From NCBI RefSeq assembly GCF_963921235.1, contig NC_086098.1, positions 3,100,001-3,164,000 of the forward strand: DNA of 64,000 nt, read 5' to 3'. Positions 11,106 through 21,953 of this stretch are shown here, one piece after another. The notes beneath the pieces were generated by a model. The model worked only from the letters and a program-made list of their open reading frames with translations, had not been told where the DNA came from and ran no database searches. The number at the start of each line of letters is the position of its first letter. The first letter of the stretch is position 1. The stretch is from Mobula hypostoma (taxonomy: Eukaryota). The translations under genes and the position numbers were made by a program.

Positions 11106-14100
11106 CAATAACACACACAAAATGCTGGAGGAACTTGCCTAGCCAGGCAGCATCTTTGGAAATGTGTACAGTTGAGGCTGAAACCCTTCAACAGGACTGA
11201 AGAAATAAAAAATGAGGAGTCAGAGTAAGAAGTTGTGGGAGGGGAGGAGGAATCAGCAGGTGAGGGAGGGGTGAAGTAAAGAGCTGAAAGAGATACAGGG
11301 CTGGAAAACAGGGAAGCTGATAGTAGAGGCCATAAGACCATGGAAGAAAGAAAAGGTGGGGGTGAACATCAGAGGGAGGTGATGGGTAGATATGGAGATA
11401 AAGTGAGAGAGGGAAAAGGGGATGGGGAATGGTGAAGGAAAGGGGGGGTGACATTCCCAGAAGTTCAAGAAATGGATGTTCATGCCGTCAGGTTGGAGGC
11501 TACCCAAATGGAACATAAAGTGTTGCCCCTCCAGACTGAGTGTGGCCTCATCATGACAGTAGAAGAGGCCATGGATACACACTTCGGAATGGGAAATAGA
11601 ATTAAAATAGGTGGCCACTGGGAGATCCCACTTTTTCTGGCATTTGGATCAAAGGTGCTCAGTAAAATGGTCTCCCAATCTACTTCGAGTCTCACTGACA
11701 TACGGGAAGCCCCACCGGGAGCACTGGATACAGTAGATAACCCCGACAGACTCACAGGTAAAGTGTCGCTGGTTGACACTTCACCTGCAGTTGAGGGCAG
11801 CATTGAAGCTGGAGGAAAAGAAGTCTGTTTCTTTGAAGACAGAGGACATATCCTTAGTTCTGGGATGAAAAGCCTCATCTTGAGAGCAGATGCAGTGGAG
11901 ACGGAGGAACTGAGAGAAAGGGATGATGTTTTTACTTTCTTTCTTTTTCAATCTTTTTATTAGTTTCATAAAATATAAACATAACATAGCAATAATACAA
12001 AATTGTTGGAAATACATTGTTATACTTAAAATGAGTAATTATAAAACCAAATAGTATAAATTGACAAAACTCCCAATCAGGTAGGATAACAATGAATAAT
12101 ACAGGACAAAAATAAACTGGAGAAAAATCATGAAAAAGAAAAAAATTTTAAAAAAAACAAACCCCACCCCAAAAAAAAACTAATCTAAACAGAATTAGTC
12201 AACTAAACTAAAAGACTTGGGCAATTTTAACAACGTAAAAATGGAAAAGAAGAAAACCTTAGTGTCAATGACTCCATTCCTCTCAACCAACAGTACAGAG
12301 AAGTAAAATAAGTTTGGAAATGGTCAAATTACATCATATGAAAATGCTAAATAAATGGCCTCCAAGTTTTTTCAAATTTAATGGAAGGGTCATAAACCAC
12401 ACTTCTAATTTTTTCCAAATTCAAACACAACATAGTTTGTGAAAAGCAGTGAAATACAGTAGGAGGGTTAATCTCTTTCCAATTCAGCAAAATGGATCTT
12501 CTAGCCATTAAAGTAAGAAATGCAATCATCCGACGAGCTGAAGTGGTTAAATGATTTGAGTCTATCATTGGTAATCCAAAAATCACAGTAATTGGGTAAG
12601 GTTGTAAGTCTGTATTATTGTTGAAATAATATCAAAAATATCTTTCCAGTATTTTTCCAACAAAGGACATGACCAAAACATGTGAGTTAAAGAAGCTATC
12701 TCGGAATGACATCTATCACATATAGGATTAATATAAGAATAATAACGAGATAGTTTATCTTTGGACATAGGAGCCCTGTGCACTACTTTAAACTGTATCA
12801 ACACATGTTTAGCACATATAGAGGATGAATTAACCAATTGAAGAATTTTTTCCCATTTTTCGATCGGTATAATAATCTTAAGTTCTCTTTCTCAATCAGT
12901 TTTAATTTTATTGGAAACATCAGGACATAAATTCATAATTATATTATAAATAATTGCTACAACACTTTTCTGAGAGAGATTTAGATCTAAAATTTTTTTC
13001 CAAAGTATCCATTGGATATGAATGTGGAAAATTAGGAGAAACAGTAATTAAAAAGTTTCTAATCTGTAGGTATCTAAAAAAGTGAGATCTGGGTAAATTA
13101 TATTTATTAGAACGTTGATCAAAAGACATGAAACAATTATCCAAAAACAAATCATGAAAACGTACTATACCTTTGGTTCTCCAATCAAAGTAAGCTTGAT
13201 TATAGTGGAAGGTTGAAAAAGGAAATTAGATATAATAGGACTTGCTAAAATAAATTGATTGAACCCAAAAAATCTTCGGAATTGAAACCATATACGTAAA
13301 ATATGTTTAACTATTGGATTATTCATTTGTTTATACAGTTTAGAAGAAATAAAAGGAAGCAAAGTTCCTAAAACCGAACCCAAAGAAAACCCTTGTAATG
13401 AATTACATTCAAGATTTACTCAATGTGGATTTAAAGATACATCTAAATCTCATAACCAAAATTTTAAGTATCGAATATTAATTGCCCAATAATAAAATCT
13501 AAAATTTGGGAGGGCTAGGATGATGTTTTTACGAGTAACAGGCTGAGAACAGGTATTGTCCAGGTAGCTGTGAGAGTCAGTTGGTTTATAATAGACATCA
13601 GTAGCCAAGCTGTCTCCAGAGACAGAGAGATCGAGAAAGGGGAGAGAGGTGCCAGAAATGGCCCAAGATAAATTTGAGGGCAGGGTGGAAGCTGGAGGCA
13701 AAGCTGATGAAGTCGACACATTCCGCATGGGTGCCAAAAGCAGCACAAATGTAGCTGTTGATGTGGCGTAGGAAAGATTGCGGAGTGATACCAGTGTAGG
13801 ATTGGAACATAGACTGTTCCATATAGCTGACAAAAAGCCAGGCATAGCTGGGACCCATGGGAGTGCCCATGGCTACACCTTCTGTTTGAAGGAAGTGGGA
13901 GGAGCCAGAGAGATTATTGAGAGGGCGGACAAGTTCTGGCAGATGGAGCAGAGTGGTGGTGGAGGGCACCTGGTTGGGTCTGCAATCCAGAAAGAAACAG
14001 AGAGCTCTGAAACCTTCCTGGTGGGGGATGGAGATGGAGGTGTATAGGGACAGAACGTCCAGAGTGAAAATAAGATGATCAGGGCTAGGGAACTTGAAAT

Positions 14101-14150
14101 CATTGAAAAGATCAAGAGTGTGTGAAGAGTCACAGGTGTAGGTGGGCAGG
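11106..14150 (-). mobile_element. Penelope-like element (RT + GIY-YIG + 3' pLTR), decayed, split by an L1
   Basis: RT HFLQTEGVAMGTPMGPSYA..., LPFLD, TDVYYKPTDSHSYLD; GIY-YIG region (HFTCESVGVIYCIQCS, VGETRSRLGDHFTEHL-like) near 11650-11770; pLTR 11106-11450. Confidence 0.9.
11936..13517 (-). mobile_element. 5'-truncated L1-clade LINE (ORF2 C-terminus with CCHC finger, 3' UTR)
   Basis: ALPNFRFYYWA, FFRYLQIRNF, QFKVVHR, CDRCHSEIASLTHMFWSC, KFEKTWRPFI; 15-bp TSD GGATGATGTTTTTAC at 11921-11935 and 13518-13532. Confidence 0.95.
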
Positions 14151-15660
14151 CACCCTCGGGGGCTCCTCTACTAGAGGCCTGGGAGCTTGAGGGATCACCT
14201 TGCTGTTTCTACAGGGTGCTCTTCTGGACCGAGATTTCAGATGCTGTTCCCAGGAATTATTGGAACCACTCTCTCAGTCCAGGCATCGCAGCTCCAAGTG
14301 CTCCTGTCACCACCAAGATTACTCTGGTTTCAACCTTCAACATCCTTTCTATCTTCTCTTTCAACCTCAGGTATTTGTCCAGCTTCTCATATTCTTTCTT
14401 CCTGATGTTACTGTCATTTTGGATTGCCACATCTATTGGACCATAAGACCATAAAATATAGGAGCAGAAGTAGGCCATTCAGCCCATCGAGTCTGCTCTG
14501 CTATTCAATCATGGACTGATCAAATTCTTCCTGTCATCCCCACTCCCCTGTTTTCACCGATATCTTTTGATGCCCTAGCTAATCAAGAACCTATCTATCT
14601 CTGCTTAAATGCACCCAATGACTTGTCCTTCACAGCCGCTCGTGGCAACAAATTCCATGGACTTACCACCCTCTGACTAAAGTAATTTCTCCACATCTCT
14701 ACTCTAAATGGACGTCCTTCAATCCTGATTTTGTGCCCTCTTGTCCTAGACTCCCGTACCATGGGAAATAACTTTGCCATATCTAATCTGTTCAGGCCTT
14801 TTAACATTCAGATTGTTTCTGTGAGATCCCCCTTCATTCTCATGAACTTCAGGGAATACAGCCCAAGAGCTGCCAAACGTTCCTCATATAGTAACCCTTT
14901 CATTCCTGGAATCATTCTCGTGAATCTGCTCTGGACCTTCTATTACTATTACATTCTTCTTATGTCTGGTTGGTTTGGCTGTACCTGCTTATCACTGTGC
15001 ATCTGGAAGTCTCACAGGATCTTAGCTCTGTCATTCTTCATTATCTTCGTGGGTATTTCCCTTTTGGACTTGGGACTGTCCAGTCCATACTCAGCGCAGA
15101 TGTTCCTGTTTGAGATGATCTGGCTGAGGGGGTTCAAGCCTATGCAGCACAGCAGTGGGGATAGTGCATCACCCTGGTATATTCCACATCTGATGGTCAC
15201 TTGTGCTATTGGCTTTGAGTTAACTTCTAGCATTGTCCTCCAATGGCCCTTTGAGTTCTTGATGAAGGTCTTTAGTGTCATGTTGACCTTGTACAGAGAC
15301 AGGCATTCCAGGATCCATGTGTAGTATGCTTTCTGGTGGTCGATCCAGACTGTGCTTCAGTTGGTTTGCCTGGTCTCACATGACTTCTTTGTCCACCAGT
15401 AATTGATGCTTGGAGCCTCTGTTTCCTTCGGAGGCTGGCACCAGGAACTGTCCAGACACCGTCCCACCACCCACCGCGGCGCAGGGGTCTTGGTATCAGG
15501 TCCCACTGGTGGTGGTCTGCTATGGGTTTTGGGCAGGATTCCTCACACTTACACTTCATCTGCCCCAAAAATCTACAGATGAGAGTGGCAAGAACAAGAA
15601 GAGTCATGCTAGCTCCGACATTACCCAGATTAACAAAGTTCGTGACAATGGTTAAGAACC
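14150..15660 (-). mobile_element. R4/Dong-like LINE with restriction-like endonuclease, internally deleted
   Basis: RT GIYQGDALSPLLCCIGLNPLS; NDRAKIL..DFQ..NQPDI; IDVAIQND..KEYEKLDKY..VVTGALG. Confidence 0.8.
14438..14938 (-). mobile_element. CR1 3' fragment nested in the R4/Dong element
   Basis: KGLNRLDMAKLFP..SRTRGH; TCTATT repeated at both junctions (14432-14437, 14939-14944). Confidence 0.88.
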
Positions 15661-16687
15661 AAGAAAAGTCTTAAGTATATTTACATAGCTCAGATGCCGA
15701 AGACTTTTGCACAGTCCTGTTACAATCTTATATGTTCACTTTAATGCTGTCTCAAAAAAAAACTTGATTTTGATATGGGTCTCTATTGTGGACTGAGTGC
15801 GGGAAGGAGAGAGAGTACGGGAAGCACCAGAGAGGCATTCTATATATATTCTCTATACATAATTATGTACTGCACTGTACTGTTGCCGCAAAACAACACA
15901 TTTCATGACATATGCCAGTGATATGAAACCTGGTTCAGATTTTGGTTCTATAGGACTGAAGTCAGAATCCTCAAAGGAAGCCTGCTACGTCATGGGAAGA
16001 ACATGAAAACTCCACACACACAGCAGATGAGGTCAGAGTTGAAACTTGGACTCTGCTTTGCAAGGTCAAGGCACTGTTAGTTGTGACTCTGTGGCCCTCA
16101 TGTTTTCAAGGACTGCTTTTCATGGTCTATTTGTTAACTATTCACTGTAATACCATTCATTAATGGTTCAGCCATTACAGACTTTTTCATCTTCTTGTAT
16201 CATTGTCACATTAAGATTATCAGGCAGTGCACATTTTAGTCATCAAGTTTGTTGTAGTTACTGGTGAGTGCTCATAACTGTGATTCACCTCTGAATAACC
16301 GTAAAATGACATGTTTTTTTTCCCCACAGCTGTTTAAGAGACCAGTCTGATGATAACATAATGGGTGGAAATGAAGTGCAGAATTTGGAACATGTTTATT
16401 GCATGCTGTTAATTCTGATATGTGGTCTTCATATTCCAGTGTTATCATTCTGATTCTGGTTATTGGGACATTACTACAGTAACAGTTTCTAATATCTGAT
16501 CTGTCACACAAAGTCCTCGGTTAGTCGCAGGGTTGTGCAACACCTCTCCAAATAAAACCTATGAAAGTGTTTGAAGGAGATAGGTCAACGAGCTTTTCAG
16601 TTAATATCTCCTGTCGTATGTACAGAAAGGGCTCCCGCAATGCAAATTGGACACCCCAGTAGTATAGTGATTAGAACAACACTAATA

Positions 16688-17230
16688 CAGAGGCCTAATT
16701 TGAAGTATAGTCTGCAGTTTTGGTCACCTACCTACAGGAAAGATGTAAACAAGATTGAAAGGGCACAGAGAACATTTACAAGGATCTTGCCGGGTCTGGA
16801 GGACCTGAGGTACAAGGAAAGATTGAATTGGTTAGGATTGTGCTCTTTAGAATGTAGACGATTGAGATGAAATCTGATAGACAATAGACAATAGAGGTGT
16901 ACAAAATTATAAGGAGTATAGATAGGGTAAATGCAAGTAGATATTTTCCACTGAGGTTGGGTGGGACTACGACCAGAGGTCATGGGTAAAGGGTGAAAGG
17001 TGAAACATTTAAGAACAAGAGGGGAAGCTTCTTCACTCAGAGGTTCGTGAGAGTGTGGAACGAGTGTGAATGCAAGCTCAATTTGAACATTTAAGTGAAG
17101 TTTAGATAGCTACATGAATAGTTCAGGTATAGAGGGCTGTGGACCCAGTGCAGGTCAATGGGAATAGGCAATTTAAATGGTTTGGCATGGACTAGATGGG
17201 GTGTGGGGCCTGCTTCTCTGTTGTACTACA
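16688..17230 (+). mobile_element. CR1 3' fragment
   Basis: RPNLKYSLQFWSPTYRKDVNKIERAQR. Confidence 0.88.
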
Positions 17231-17736
17231 CCTCAAGGCGCTGGAATTCAGATTTCAATTCTGGTGCCATCAGTAAGAAATTTGTTTGTCCATCCTGTTA
17301 CTTTGTGGGTGTCCTCTGGGGCTCCATCTTCCTCCTACAATACAAATACAGTGCCTATAAAAAGTATTCACTTCCCCCTTGGAAGTTTTCATGTTTTATT
17401 GTTTTACAACATTGAATCTCAGTGGATATAATCTGGCTTTTTTTTTGACACTGATCAACAGAAAGAGACTCTCATGTCAAAGTGAAAACAGATCTCTACA
17501 AGTAATCTAAATTAATCACAAATATAAAACAAAATAACTGATTGCCTAGGTATTCACCCCCTTTAATATGACACACCAAATCATCATTGGTGCAACCAAT
17601 TGGTTGTAGAAATCAAATAGTTAATGGAGATCATCTGTGTGCACTGAAGGCGTTTCAATTGATTGTAAAAATACACCTGTATCTGGAAGGTCCAACTGCT
17701 GGTGAGTCAGTAAAAATTACATAAGACTAAAAAAAG

Positions 17737-17987
17737 CACACTTTAAGATGTTGAAGTAGGTACAGTGGAGATGTCAGGGGTAAGTTTTTTTACGCAGAGA
17801 GTGGTGAGTGAATGGAATGGGCTGCCGGCGAGACGGTGGTGGAGGTGCAAACAATAGGGTCTTTCAAGAGACTCCTGGACAGGTACATGGAGCTTAGAAA
17901 AATAGAGGGCTATCGGTAACCCTGGGTAATTTCTAAAGTAAGTACATGTTTGGTACAGCATTGTGCTGTGGTGTTTCTATGTTTCTA
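17737..17987 (+). mobile_element. CR1 3' fragment nested in Tc1
   Basis: FFTQRVVSEWNGLP and (GTTTCTAT) tail. Confidence 0.85.
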
Positions 17988-18012
17988 AAAGATTTGTAGC
18001 TCTAGTTGAGGA

Positions 18013-18126
18013 TGTTATTGTTGAGTGGCTCACTGAGCTGCCTTGTTAGCTTGCAAACGTTTCGTGATCCAGCGAGGCAACATCACAAGCTAACAAGCCA
18101 GCTCAGTGAGTTACTCAACAATAACA
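18013..18126. mobile_element. Penelope-derived inverted-repeat mini insertion inside Tc1
   Basis: 41-bp arms (3 mismatches) around a 32-nt spacer that reads TGATG..GAAACGT on the minus strand. Confidence 0.6.
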
Positions 18127-19720
18127 AAAGAACACTCCAAGCAACTCTGTGAAAAGGTTATTGAAAAGCACGTGTCAGGAGGTGGATACAGGAAAATTTC
18201 GAAGTGTTGGAATATCCTTTAGAGTACAGTTAAGTCAATCATCAAGAAATGGAAAGAATATGGCACAACTGTAAATCTGCCTGGAGCAGGCTGTCTTCAA
18301 AAATTGAGTGATCATGCAAGAAAAGAATTAGTGAGGGAGGCCACCAGGAGACCTATGACAACTCTGGAGGAGTAACAAGATTCAGAGGCTGAGATGGAAG
18401 AGACTGTGTCTACAACAACTGTTGCCCGGGTGCTTCACCAGTGACAGCTTTATGGGAGAGTGGCAAAGAAAAAGCCAATGTTGAGAAAAACACTCACATG
18501 AAATCTCAGCTAGAATTTGCCAGAAGGCATGTGGGAGACTCTGAAGTCAGCTGGAAGAAGGGTCTATGGCCTGATGAAACCAAAACTGAGCTTTTTGGCC
18601 ATCAGGCTAAACGCTATTTGGTGTAAGCCAGACATTGCACAACATCGAAAATACATCATCCCTACCTTGAAGCATGGTGGTGGCTGCATCATGCTGTGGG
18701 AATATTTCACTGCAGCAGGTCCTAGAAGGCTTGTGAAGGTAGGGGGTAAAATGAATGCAGCAAAATACAGGGAAATCCTGGAGGAAAACCTGATGCAGTC
18801 TGCAAGAGAACTGCGACTTGGGAGAAGAATTGTTTTCCAGCAAGATAATGACCCCAGGCATAGAGCCAAAGCTATACCGGAATGGCTTAAAAACAACAAA
18901 GTTCATGTCCTGGAGTGGCCAACTTAGAATCCAGACTTCAATCCAGTTGAGAATTCATGGCTGGACTTGAAAAGGACTGTTCACTCATGATCCCCGTGCA
19001 ATCTGACAGAGCTTGGGCAGTTTTGTAAAGAAAGATGGGGAAAAATTGCAGTGTCCAGATGTGCAAAGCTGATAGAGACCTATCCACACAGATTCAAAAC
19101 TGTAATTACTGCCAAAGGTGCATCTACTAAATACTGACTTGAGGGGGGGAATTAATTATGAAATCAATTAATTTGTGATTTGTATATGTGATTAATTTAG
19201 ATCACTTTGTAGAGATCTGTTTTCACTTTGACATGAAAGAGTCTTTTTCTGTTGATCAGTGTCAAATTACAAATGTTTGTAAATTCACTGTGATTCAATG
19301 TTGTAAAGCAATAAAAGATGAAAACTATCGGGTTTGGGGGAGTGAACAGTTTTTACTGACAATGTACATACCGGTCAGTGGGTTCATTGGGCCTATGATG
19401 AGGACAGTGTCAAAGAGGTGGGATACTGGATGGTGCAGCTCAGTGGGTCGGAAGGGCCCATTCGTTGCTGAATCTTTCAATAAATTTCAAAATAAAATCC
19501 TGTGTTATTAACAGGGATTGTGGAACACTTCTCCAAATCAACCCAAGGAAAGTAATGGGCCAATTATTGCCCCCCCCCCCCGCCGGTCCCATGTACAGAA
19601 GGGGCTCCTACTATGCAAATTAGCAGGGAGTTCCACAATTTCTGTTCAGTGGTGGTGAAGGGACATTAAATAAAGTGTTTCCTGTCAGGAACATGTCTTC
19701 CCCATTCCTTTCAGCCTTAA

Positions 19721-20525
19721 TAGAAACATAGAAACATAGAAACATAGAAAATAGGTGCAGGAGTAGGCCATTCGGCCCTTCGAGCCTGCACCGCCATTTA
19801 TTATGATCATGGCTGATCATCCAACTCAGAACCCAGCCTTCCCTCCATACCCCCTGACCCCTGTAGCCACAAGGGCCATATCTAACTTCCTTTTAAACAT
19901 AGCTAATGAACTGGCCTCAACAGTTTCCTGTGGCAGAGAATTCCACAGATTCACCACTCTCTGTGTGAAGAAGTTTTTCCTAATCTCGGTCCTAAAAGGC
20001 TTCCCCTCTATCCTCAAACTGTGACCCCTCGTTCTGGACCTCCCCAACATCGGGAACAATCTTCCCGCATCTAGCCTGTCCAATCCCTTTAGGATCTTAT
20101 ACGTTTCAATCAGATCCCCCCTCAATCTTCTAAATTCCAACGAGTACAAGCCCAGTTCATCCAGTCTTTCTTCATATGAAAGTCCTGCCATCCCAGGAAT
20201 CAATCTGGTGAACCTTCTTTGTACTCCCTCTATGGCAAAGATGTCTTTCCTCAGATTAGGGGACCAAAACTGCACACAATACTCCAGGTGTGGTCTCACC
20301 AAGGCCTTGTACAACTGCAGTAGTACCTCCCTGCTCCTGTACTCGAATCCTCTCGCTATAAATGCCAGCATACCGTTCGCCTTTTTCACCGCCTGCTGTA
20401 CCTGCATGCCCACTTTCAATGACTGGTGTATAATGACACCCAGGTCTCGTTGCACCTCCCCTTTTCCTAATCGGCCACCATTCAGATAATAATCTGTTTT
20501 CCTATTTTTGCCACCAAAGTGGATA
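19721..20525 (-). mobile_element. Young 5'-truncated CR1 (open 209-aa frame 19826-20455)
   Basis: Uninterrupted ORF2 C-terminus, CpGs retained, (GTTTCTAT)3 tail. Confidence 0.95.
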
Positions 20526-20655
20526 ATGAAGGGTCTCAGCCCAAAACGCCGACTGTTTATTCATTTCCACACATGCTGTCTGACCTGCTGAGTTCCTCCA
20601 GCATTCTGTGTGCGTTGCTCAGGATTCCTGCTTCGGCAGAAGCTCTCGTGTTTCT
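20524..20655 (+). mobile_element. Penelope pLTR fragment (its 5' part lies at about 19695-19721)
   Basis: ATGAAGGGTCTCAGCCCAAAACG..GACCTGCTGAGTTCCTCCAGCA. Confidence 0.8.
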
Positions 20656-20861
20656 GATAGAGGCGAACGATTTCCACATTTTCTGCTTCACATACAATAT
20701 TCACGGCTAAGACAGCACACAACAGCGTATAACAAAACGAGGCAAAGATTTGAGATCCCAACATTTGCATTGTAATGTGAAAACATATAAATCCAGGCAA
20801 AAGGAGGGATTGCTGGACCCTTCATATTATTTCCCACTCACCTGAAAACCAATTATTTACA

Positions 20862-21130
20862 GGATTGGAAAAAGCTGCAGAGGGTTGAAAACCCAGCCAG
20901 CTCCATCATGGGCAATGACAACATCTTCAGAGACAATGCCTCAAAAAGGTGGCATCCATTATTAAGGACATGCCCCCTTCTCATTGCTACAATCAGGGTG
21001 GAGGGCACAGAGCCTGAAAACACACTCAATATTTTAGGAACAGCTTCTTCAACTCTGCCATCAGATTTCTAAATGGACAATGAATGAACTCATGAACATT
21101 ACCTTTGTACTTTACTTTTAGCTCTCTTTT
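20862..21130 (+). mobile_element. Rex1/Babar-like 3' fragment
   Basis: Decayed KKLQRV..SIIKD..RNSFF..AIRFLN; matching tail resumes at about 24470-24580. Confidence 0.65.
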
Positions 21131-21262
21131 TGCATTAACTGAATTAATTAAATTATATTTTACTTATACATTTGTTGTTTTAATTTAATTATAGTCAATT
21201 TAACTAATGTACTCACAATTTAAGAAGCTTATTCATTTGATTATAAATGTATAATAAATGCA

Positions 21263-21538
21263 TCAGTCGTAATTTTCACTGTGTGTACTTCACTTCTCTG
21301 ACACTGTGGAGACTGATACAAAATACACATTCAGTTCCTCTGCCATCTCGGCGTCTCTCATTACAACATCTCCAGCGTCATTTTCTATTGTCTTATATCT
21401 GCCCTCAACTCCCTTTTACCCTCTATATACTTAAAAAAGCTTTCAGTATCTTCTTTGATAGTAGTCACCAGCTTCCTTTCATAATTCATCTTTTTCTTCG
21501 GAATGACCTTCTTAGTTTCCTTCTGCAAGTTTTTATAA
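21263..21538 (+). repeat. 276-bp direct copy of 23555-23830 (internal CR1 segment)
   Basis: Two mismatches seen over 276 bp; near-identical 111/117-aa shadow ORFs in the track. Confidence 0.95.
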
Positions 21539-21540
21539 AT

Positions 21541-21953
21541 GTGTGGCAGAGTAGAGATCTATTCCTACCAAAGGAGGTGTGAGGTGCTCCTTCCCTAGCC
21601 TGCAGGTCACCCTTGGACAAGGTATAACACTTGCTTTGCCCCCTCTTCCCCAATCAGGGTCACGTGAAGACATGGGAGCAGGTGTGAATGGTCGTATGGT
21701 GCATATCACAAGTCCTGGTTATGTGACCACTGAAGCAAGACAGACAATCTCTGAAAAGTATTGATAATGGCTGGGGTTATCCTTTCTTGGAGAGACACTG
21801 CCCAGAAGGCGGCAATGGCAAGTTACCAAAAACAATCAGAGTAATGGAAAGACCAATGATCGCCTACGAGATAAGACACGACACAGAATGATGATGTCAT
21901 ATGACATGGCATGGAATGATGATATTATATGACATGGTATAGAAAGATGATGT
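21541..21953 (+). mobile_element. Family A RTE-like element with tandemly repeated tail
   Basis: Matches 5082-5418; tail unit (ATGACATGG..AATGATGATG) continues at 24441 after the CR1 insertion. Confidence 0.75.

Larger units (their letters stand above)
17349..19364 (+). mobile_element. Tc1-family DNA transposon (DD34E, long IR/DR ends), full span, pseudogenised
   Basis: TA|CAGTGCCTATAAAAAGTATTCAC ... GTGAACAGTTTTTACTGACAATG|TA; about 215-bp inverted ends; transposase WPDETK, KHGGGCIMLW, FQQDNDPRH, NPDFNPVEN, GASTKY* ending at 19137. Confidence 0.95.
17235..19495 (+). mobile_element. V-domain (HE1-like) tRNA SINE split by the Tc1 element
   Basis: 5' half up to 17348 (GTGGGTGTCCTCTGGGG..TTCCTCCTACA); 3' half resumes at 19367 and ends GGAAGGGCC..AATAAA. 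Confidence 0.65.

Noticed and set aside
16330..16455. Strong plus-strand acceptor (TTTTTTTTCCCCACAG) as a coding exon
   Set aside because: No convincing donor or recognisable peptide; cannot be supported from sequence alone.
16640..20790. Octamer motifs as immunoglobulin V promoters
   Set aside because: No leader exon, V domain or RSS follows; several octamers are expected by chance in 64 kb.
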